Shown here: one piece after another, positions 58,571 to 64,000 of the stretch
How positions within the stretch are numbered: position 1 is the stretch's first letter
Layout: every line of letters starts with the position of its first letter
Source: Solobacterium sp.
GTDB lineage: Bacteria > Bacillota_I > Bacilli_A > Erysipelotrichales > Erysipelotrichaceae
Assembly (NCBI GenBank): GCA_017433125.1
Contig: JAFRHT010000116.1
Location: forward strand, 18,398-82,397
Length of the DNA: 64,000 nt
Direction: 5' to 3'
Made by a program: the position numbers and the translations under genes
Notes under the pieces: model-generated
The model's input: the letters and a program-made list of their open reading frames with translations, nothing else
Databases searched by the model: none
What the model was told of the DNA's origin: nothing

Positions 58571-59191
58571 TTACTTGGTGCCGAAGATTCTGTCACCCGC
58601 GTCACCGAGACCCGGCACGATATAGCCGATCTCGTTGAGGTGATCATCCATCGCCGCCAGGTAGATATCCACATCCGGATGTGTTTCCTGGACAGCCTTG
58701 GCGCCTTCCGGTGCCCCGACCAGGCAGACCAGGCGGATATTCTTTGCGCCGCGCTTCTTCATCATGTCAATAGCCGCAATGGCACTGCCGCCGGTGGCGA
58801 GCATCGGGTCGACAATCATGATGATGGAATCTTCAAGATTCTTCGGGAACTTGGCGAAATATTCATGCGGTTCCAGGGTTTCCTCATCGCGGTAAAGACC
58901 GATAAAACCGACCTTGGCCGTCGGAATCAGCCGCCGGATGCCGTCCAGGAGACCGATGCCGGCCCGCAGGATGGGAACGATGACAACCTGCTTGCTCAGT
59001 TCATAGCCGGTGCAGGCGCCCATCGGGGTTTCAATGTCCACGCTTCTGACCGGCAGATCCCGGCAGACTTCATAGGCCATCAGTTCGGCGATTTCATCCA
59101 GGTTTTCCCGGAAATCCTTCGTGCCGGTTTCCTTGTTTCTCATGATGGTCAGTTTATGTGTAATCAAAGGATGATTCAGTACTTCAAGCAT
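58571..59191 (-). CDS. upp: Uracil phosphoribosyltransferase
   Basis: 206 aa. [52 protein letters not shown]. Confidence 0.95.
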   Translation of the reverse strand: MLEVLNHPLITHKLTIMRNKETGTKDFRENLDEIAELMAYEVCRDLPVRSVDIETPMGACTGYELSKQVVIVPILRAGIGLLDGIRRLIPTAKVGFIGLYRDEETLEPHEYFAKFPKNLEDSIIMIVDPMLATGGSAIAAIDMMKKRGAKNIRLVCLVGAPEGAKAVQETHPDVDIYLAAMDDHLNEIGYIVPGLGDAGDRIFGTK

Positions 59192-59274
59192 GCCAAAAAC
59201 CTCCTCTTCGTTTCATTCATGATAGAAGAATTTGTACTTCTGCGCAACCTTGCCGTAAATGCTATACTGTTGTC

Positions 59275-60360
59275 ATGAAGATCCTGATCACACCCCCGGC
59301 AACCCGCCGGGAAGATACGGCCAGCCGCATTCCGGTCCAGAACATGATCGATCTGTTCCGGCAGAACGGCCATGCGGTTTCCGTCTGTGCCCCGGAAGAC
59401 AGCCATTACCGCAATACGGAACTGTTCCCTGCCGAACGGCCGAAAGTATCCTTCTTCCGCCGCCGCAGTGAGGGAACCGGGAAAACCTATGAGGAATACC
59501 TGTATTCCGTCGGAGCCCTGGATAAGGAATACCTGGTCAAAGATACGGAAACCATCCGCCGGGCGATTGCCTCGTTTCAACCGGATCTGATGATCGATGC
59601 CGGCCGGACCGCCGCCCTGATTGCCTCACGGCTGGACAGCATACGGATCTTTACAATTGTCAGCGCGCCGATGATCCGCTCCCGCCGGTTCCCGGCTGTC
59701 TGTGTCAACGGTCTCAACGAAGCGCTGACCTCCTTCCGGCTAGAGCAGGTACTGCAGCTGCGCAGCGTGCTGGAGACCGCCTCCCGCCGGATTGCCTTTT
59801 CCCCCGCTGAAGTACAGCCTTTCCCGGAAGATTTCCCGATCACCCGCATCGGCAGTATGGCTCCGCATCCGGAACCGGGCGGGCAGAGCGATAAAGTCGT
59901 GATCCTGCTGCACGAATCCGCGTTCCGGCCAAAGCAGCTGCGCAGAATGATCACAGAAGCGTTCCTTGGGGCCCCTTACCCGGTGGAAGCCTGGTATCCG
60001 GGCTGTCTGACCGCCAAAGAAGGAAACCTGCACTTCCTGCCGGCCATGAATCATCAGACCGTATATGACGCGGCTGTGTGCGTCCACGACGGCAGTGATG
60101 CCCTGTTCAACGCATGCCTCACCGCCGGCATCCCGCAGCTGATCATCAACAACGGCAGCTGGCAGAAAAACTGGAATGCCTATGCCGTGGAACGGCTGGG
60201 TGCCGGGGCAGTGCTGGCTGAGGACAATCTCTCCATGGAAACGCTCTACGAAAACTACCGCCGGCTGGTGGCCGACGATTACTTCCGGCGTCAGGCGCAG
60301 TACCTGGCTGCCCGGACCGCGGCCATGGGCAGTCTGGAAGACCTCATGCAATACTTCTGA
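59275..60360 (+). CDS. GT-B glycosyltransferase, GT1/GT28 (MGT/MurG-like) type
   Basis: 361 aa. MKILITPPAT...NGHAVSVCAP N-terminal Rossmann start. C-terminal HDGSDALFNACLTAGIPQLIINNGSWQKNWNAYAVERLGAG resembles the UDP-sugar binding region of MGT-type enzymes. The antisense 203-aa ORF is rejected. Confidence 0.5.
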   Translation: MKILITPPATRREDTASRIPVQNMIDLFRQNGHAVSVCAPEDSHYRNTELFPAERPKVSFFRRRSEGTGKTYEEYLYSVGALDKEYLVKDTETIRRAIASFQPDLMIDAGRTAALIASRLDSIRIFTIVSAPMIRSRRFPAVCVNGLNEALTSFRLEQVLQLRSVLETASRRIAFSPAEVQPFPEDFPITRIGSMAPHPEPGGQSDKVVILLHESAFRPKQLRRMITEAFLGAPYPVEAWYPGCLTAKEGNLHFLPAMNHQTVYDAAVCVHDGSDALFNACLTAGIPQLIINNGSWQKNWNAYAVERLGAGAVLAEDNLSMETLYENYRRLVADDYFRRQAQYLAARTAAMGSLEDLMQYF

Positions 60361-60383
60361 AAAAAGGCGCCTGCGGGCGCCTG
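60361..60383 (-). terminator. Intrinsic terminator after tsaC
   Basis: AGGCGCC (60365-60371) / GGCGCCT (60376-60382), loop TGCG. On the minus strand it is followed by TTTTT. Confidence 0.6.
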
Positions 60384-60995
60384 TTACTGTTTCAGTACCT
60401 GTTCGATATCGCTCATCGTCACCGGGCCAGATCGCAGGATGCGGATCTCTTCCCCGGTGCAGTCAATGATCGTGCTGGCCTGGCCGAAGCTGGGACTGCC
60501 TTCCATCATGCCGTCCAGCAGCGGGCACGATGCCGCGATTTCTTCCAGGCTGGTGCTGACCGGATGCCCCGACTGATTGGCACTGGTCATATAGACCGGT
60601 TCTCCCAGCATTTCGATCAGTTTGCGGACCGGTTCACTGGTCGCCATGCGCACAGCCACGGTCGCCATCCCGCCGTTGACAAAGGCCGGTACCTCCGGCT
60701 TTTTCTTCAGGATCAGCGTCACCGGGCCCGGCATGAAGGCGGCAATCAGTTTCCGGCTGCGTTTATCCGTTTCCGCTATGGCTTCAATCTCTTCCGCATC
60801 TTTGCACATCAGCGGGAAGGCTTTGTCCGCCGGCCGGTTTTTCACCTTCCTGAGCTGTTCCTGGGCCGCTTCCGAAGACATGCGCGCGCATACCCCGTAT
60901 ACCGTGTCGGTCGGCACGCTGATCACCCCGTTATTGCGCAGGATTTCTGCCATTGAGGCAGTTTCGTTCTGTCTGAATCGTTTCATTTTTTTCAC
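60384..60995 (-). CDS. tsaC: L-threonylcarbamoyladenylate synthase (YrdC/YwlC/TsaC, single-domain)
   Basis: 203 aa. GVISVPTDTVYGVCA, PGPVTLIL, SANQSG. Confidence 0.85.
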   Translation of the reverse strand: MKKMKRFRQNETASMAEILRNNGVISVPTDTVYGVCARMSSEAAQEQLRKVKNRPADKAFPLMCKDAEEIEAIAETDKRSRKLIAAFMPGPVTLILKKKPEVPAFVNGGMATVAVRMATSEPVRKLIEMLGEPVYMTSANQSGHPVSTSLEEIAASCPLLDGMMEGSPSFGQASTIIDCTGEEIRILRSGPVTMSDIEQVLKQ

Positions 60996-61054
60996 CGTTA
61001 GTGATATTTATTTTAGCATTTTTACATTATGATAACAGGGTGGAGGTACACGAA

Positions 61055-62080
61055 ATGATTAAATTTGACAGCGACTACGTTGAAGGCTGTATTCCGGAAA
61101 TTCTGGAAGCACTGGCCGCGTCCAACGAAGAACAGACCAGCGGCTATGGCATTGATCCGCACTGCGAAAATGCCCGGGAACTCATCAAAAAGGCCTGCAG
61201 GGCCGGCAAAGCCGATGTTCACTTTGTGGTCGGCGGCACCCAGGCCAACATCATCGTTCTCAATTCCCTGCTGAAGCCGTATCAGGGGGCTCTGTGCGCG
61301 GATACAGGCCACATCAATGTGCATGAGACCGGGGCTCTGGAAATGACCGGGCACAAGTGTCTGACCCTGCCGACGGAAAACGGCAAGATCAAGGCTGAGG
61401 ATGTCGAAAAGGCCATCGTGACCCAGCGGGATGACGGGGCTGCCGAACATATCGTCCAGCCCGGGGCAGTCTATATCTCCTGGCCGACCGAACTCGGTTC
61501 CCTGTATACAAAGAAGGAAATCCAGGCGCTCTCCCGCGTCTGCCGGAAATACAATGTACCGCTGTTCTGCGACGGCGCCCGGCTGGGCTACGGTCTGGCC
61601 GCAAAGAACTGCGATATGAAACTGACTGATTTCGCGAAGTACTGTGATGTCTTCTACATCGGCGGCACCAAGGTCGGCGCCCTGTTCGGTGAGGCGATTG
61701 TCATCAACAACGACGCGTACAAAAAGAACTTCCGTTACTATATCAAGCAGCACGGCGCCATGCTGGCAAAGGGCCGCCTGCTGGGCATCCAGTTCGAGCA
61801 GCTCTTCACCGGTGACCGTTACCTGGCCATTTCGAAACATGCCATGGCCATGGCCGACATGCTGGCCGATGCCCTGAAGGAAAAGGGCTACAGCTTCCTG
61901 GCCGAACCGGAAACCAACCAGCTCTTCCCGATCCTGTCCAACCGGAAGATCAAAGAACTGCAGAAGAATTTCGGCTTCAGCCTGAACGGGGTCATTGACA
62001 AGGATCATACCGCGGTCCGCTTTGTCACCAGCTTCATGACAAAGGAAGAAAACGTCCGCGAACTGATCAAAGCGCTGTAA
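61055..62080 (+). CDS. Threonine aldolase / beta-eliminating lyase family PLP enzyme
   Basis: MIKFDSDYVEGCIPEILEAL, FVVGGTQANIIVLNS, DGARL, GGTKVGA (PLP Lys). ATG 61055 is preceded by GGAGGT. The 355-aa antisense ORF is in codon phase and rejected. Confidence 0.8.
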   Translation: MIKFDSDYVEGCIPEILEALAASNEEQTSGYGIDPHCENARELIKKACRAGKADVHFVVGGTQANIIVLNSLLKPYQGALCADTGHINVHETGALEMTGHKCLTLPTENGKIKAEDVEKAIVTQRDDGAAEHIVQPGAVYISWPTELGSLYTKKEIQALSRVCRKYNVPLFCDGARLGYGLAAKNCDMKLTDFAKYCDVFYIGGTKVGALFGEAIVINNDAYKKNFRYYIKQHGAMLAKGRLLGIQFEQLFTGDRYLAISKHAMAMADMLADALKEKGYSFLAEPETNQLFPILSNRKIKELQKNFGFSLNGVIDKDHTAVRFVTSFMTKEENVRELIKAL

Positions 62081-62093
62081 TACCAGCACAGAA

Positions 62094-62122
62094 AAGGCAG
62101 TCTTACGGGACTGCCTTTTTTT
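62094..62122 (+). terminator. Intrinsic terminator after the aldolase gene (also faces the M20 gene end)
   Basis: AAGGCAGTC (62094-62102) / GACTGCCTT (62109-62117), followed by TTTTT. Confidence 0.7.
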
Positions 62123-62131
62123 GTTTACTTG

Positions 62132-63334
62132 TCAGTCTGTCTGGTGGGCGACATTGTAAGCATGCTCATCCTTGATTTCCTGCAGGAGCTGCGGGTTCAG
62201 GATGACATCAATGGCTGTCCAGGCCAGTGCCTTGGCCCCCAGAATAATGGAATCCAGGCCCTTCTGCGAGCAGGAAGCCTCGACCATGCCCTGGGAGTGG
62301 CCCGGCACCGCCACATCGGTGATGCTGAGCATCGGCTGGATCACCGGGACAACCTGGGATACATTGCCGACATCACTGGAGCCCGGCTGCACGTCCCATG
62401 TCTGCGGTTCGCTTTCGTGGCCCAGCGCCTTCAGGTTTTCCGCCCAGACCTGGTCGAGTTTCGGAGTCAGCACCATGTTGTCAACGAAGTTCTGGAACAG
62501 GTGCATGCTGCCCTTTGTGCCGGTCTGCAGGGCGGCGCCTTCAACGATCTTTTCAACCTTGGCATAGATATCCTCGACCGTGCTCTTGGCCGCGGCCCGG
62601 AGGTAATACTTGGATTTGGTGTATTCCGGAATGACGTTCGGGGCTGTGCCGCCATCGGTGATGATACCGTGAATCCGCACATCCGGAGTCACCTGCTGCC
62701 GCAGCATGCTGATGGCATTGTAGACCAGGATCTGCGCGTCCAGGGCATTCAGGCCGAGATGCGGCACCGCGGCCGCATGGGCCGGCTTGCCCCAGAATTC
62801 GATATCAACCGGCGCGTTTGCCAGGTTGCGGCTGGACAGGCCGTTTTCCGGAGAGCTGCCCGGATGGACGCAGAGCGCGAAATCGACATCCTTGAAGTAG
62901 CCGTCACGGACAAAGCTGCCCTTGGCGCTGCCCTCTTCGCCGCCTTCTTCTCCCGGGGTGCCGTAGACCCTGACTTCCCCGCCGAGTTCATCGATGACAC
63001 TCTTCAGGGCCGCCCCGGCCAGGGAGGAGGTGGCACCGAAGATATTGTGGCCGCAGCCATGGCCCAGACCTGCCAGGGCGTCATATTCAGCCAGCAGCGC
63101 AACCACCGGACCCGGCTTGCCGCTCTTGTAGTATGCCGCAAACCCGGTCCGCTGATGGGCCGCCGGCAGTTCGATCTCGAAACCTTCTGCCTTCAGCTGG
63201 TTTGTCAGCGTTTCCGAAGCGAAGAATTCATAGTTGGATACTTCCGGCTTCGCGTGGATTGCCAGCGCGATATCCTGATAGACTTTGCCGTATTCCTTTG
63301 CAAAAGCAGCTGTTTTTTCCTTGAAATCTGTCAT
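62132..63334 (-). CDS. M20 family amidohydrolase / metallopeptidase (AbgB-like)
   Basis: 400 aa. LLAEYDALAGLGHGCGHNIFG, GTPGEEGG, HLGLNALDA. The 424-aa antisense ORF is rejected. Confidence 0.8.
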   Translation of the reverse strand: MTDFKEKTAAFAKEYGKVYQDIALAIHAKPEVSNYEFFASETLTNQLKAEGFEIELPAAHQRTGFAAYYKSGKPGPVVALLAEYDALAGLGHGCGHNIFGATSSLAGAALKSVIDELGGEVRVYGTPGEEGGEEGSAKGSFVRDGYFKDVDFALCVHPGSSPENGLSSRNLANAPVDIEFWGKPAHAAAVPHLGLNALDAQILVYNAISMLRQQVTPDVRIHGIITDGGTAPNVIPEYTKSKYYLRAAAKSTVEDIYAKVEKIVEGAALQTGTKGSMHLFQNFVDNMVLTPKLDQVWAENLKALGHESEPQTWDVQPGSSDVGNVSQVVPVIQPMLSITDVAVPGHSQGMVEASCSQKGLDSIILGAKALAWTAIDVILNPQLLQEIKDEHAYNVAHQTD

Positions 63335-63345
63335 GATTACCTCCG

Positions 63346-64000
63346 TTATTTTTCTCCTGCAGCTTCTTTCAGTTCATCAATCGTAGTATATTTCTTCGAA
63401 TAGAGGGTCAGCGGGGCCATGCCGGTATCACCGATGACGGTCAGATCATAGCCCTGTGATTCGATTTCCTTGTTCAGATAGGCATAGTGCTGGAAACTGT
63501 TAAGGTCGATCTCACCGCTGTTGAGCGCTTCATTCGGCAGTGTATAGGCATCGAACTGGACGATCTCAATATAGATATTATCACCGCGCTCATCCAGAAT
63601 CTTCTGAACCGCATTCCATGTGTCATGATTGGCCCCGCACACGCCGACTTTGACAACCGTCTTGTCCCCCTGTTCCGTCTTGTAGGAATCAACTTCGGCC
63701 AGCAGTTCCTCATCGCTCAGTTCCGTCGGCTGCCATTCCCAGGCCGGGATGGAAGCTTCCTGGTACTTGGCCAGCGAATACTGGGCCACATAGTCCGTGT
63801 TATAGGCACTGACAATCTTTGCGTAAGTTTCGTTGTCCTTTTCGGCTGTCCGGGCCACGATCACGTTGATGAACGGGTTCTTGCCGTCGGCAGCGGCCCC
63901 GGACTGGTCTTCCATAATCAGGCCGTCCCGGGAAGGCACCAGCCCGATCGGGATCGCGTACGTGCCGTTGATGGTGGAGGCCCCGAAGTCATCCAGGGTG
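63346..64000 (-). CDS. MetQ/NlpA-family substrate-binding lipoprotein, 3' part (the gene starts beyond the right edge), with an extra C-terminal half-repeat
   Basis: The reading frame is open to the window edge. ...LDDFGASTINGTYAIPIGLVPSRDGLIMED...NPFINVIVARTAEKDNETYAKIVSAYNTDYV...IPAW aligns with the MetQ C-terminus. It then continues with VKVGVCGANHDTWN...VQFDAYTLPNEALNSGEIDLNSFQHYAYL...YSKKYTTIDELKE, which is MetQ N-terminal-half-like. Confidence 0.8.
   Translation of the reverse strand, partial: TLDDFGASTINGTYAIPIGLVPSRDGLIMEDQSGAAADGKNPFINVIVARTAEKDNETYAKIVSAYNTDYVAQYSLAKYQEASIPAWEWQPTELSDEELLAEVDSYKTEQGDKTVVKVGVCGANHDTWNAVQKILDERGDNIYIEIVQFDAYTLPNEALNSGEIDLNSFQHYAYLNKEIESQGYDLTVIGDTGMAPLTLYSKKYTTIDELKEAAGEK

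Noticed and set aside
36850-63403. Other long antisense ORFs in the high-GC part: 36850..38040, 38490..39029, 41509..42333, 43984..44904, 44829..45581, 46113..46724, 47796..48455, 48667..50142, 50152..50766, 51013..51759, 53394..54593, 55264..56421, 57254..57826, 58352..59278, 59740..60351, 61022..62089, 62129..63403
   Set aside because: Each overlaps a gene with clear family motifs on the other strand. Those I checked arithmetically (38490, 43984, 48667, 53394, 55264, 61022, 62129) are in codon phase with the real gene. Their compositions look like mirror-frame artefacts.
1-64000. CRISPR arrays, tRNA/rRNA genes, transposases, integrases, prophage genes
   Set aside because: I scanned all intergenic regions longer than 50 bp and the ORF track. 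There are no regularly spaced direct repeats, no cloverleaf-like or rRNA-like sequence that I could recognise, and no DDE/tyrosine/serine recombinase-like ORFs. By-eye detection of tRNAs is imperfect; a tRNAscan or Infernal run would settle it.

Overview
64-kb chromosomal window from a Gram-positive (Bacillota-type) genome with two compositional compartments. (A) 1..~18.6 kb is a low-GC block (hand-counted 60-nt samples: 32% at 1-60, 30% at 17501-17560). It is packed with cell-surface glycan genes: 13 glycosyltransferases (GT2, GT4, one GT32-like), two hexapeptide acetyltransferases, a pyruvyl transferase, a LicD phosphotransferase, an EpsG/Wzy-like polymerase, and the 5' end of an ABC-2 exporter permease at the left edge. 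(B) From ~19.2 kb the sequence is high-GC (48% at 19217-19276, 52% at 22021-22080, 65% at 34021-34080). This part carries rmlD-rmlC, a cpsA(LCP)-cpsB-initiating transferase operon (the transferase is a PGT-GT4 fusion), an MFS transporter, and an unusual 798-aa Sel1-repeat protein with a C-terminal HEPN-like RNxxAH motif. After that comes the conserved backbone cysS(T-box)-mrnC-rlmB-sigH ... rpmG-secE-nusG ... rplK-rplA ... rplJ-rplL-methyltransferase-rpoB-rpoC, all on the minus strand. The backbone is interrupted by accessory genes: MATE pumps, two nucleoside hydrolases, a ROK kinase, a lysophospholipase, a GDPD-like protein and RidA. The right third holds tilS-hpt-ftsH, a solo MazF/PemK-like ORF, a WecA/TagO-type transferase, upp, tsaC, a threonine aldolase, an M20 amidohydrolase and a partial MetQ-like lipoprotein. 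I recognised no rRNA, tRNA, CRISPR array, transposase or integrase. Very long ORFs antisense to rpoB/rpoC and other high-GC genes are codon-phase artefacts, not genes. My best candidate for something undescribed is the Sel1-HEPN-like protein at 25623..28019. Secondary candidates are the PGT-GT4 fusion, the solo MazF-like ORF and the mosaic glycan locus.
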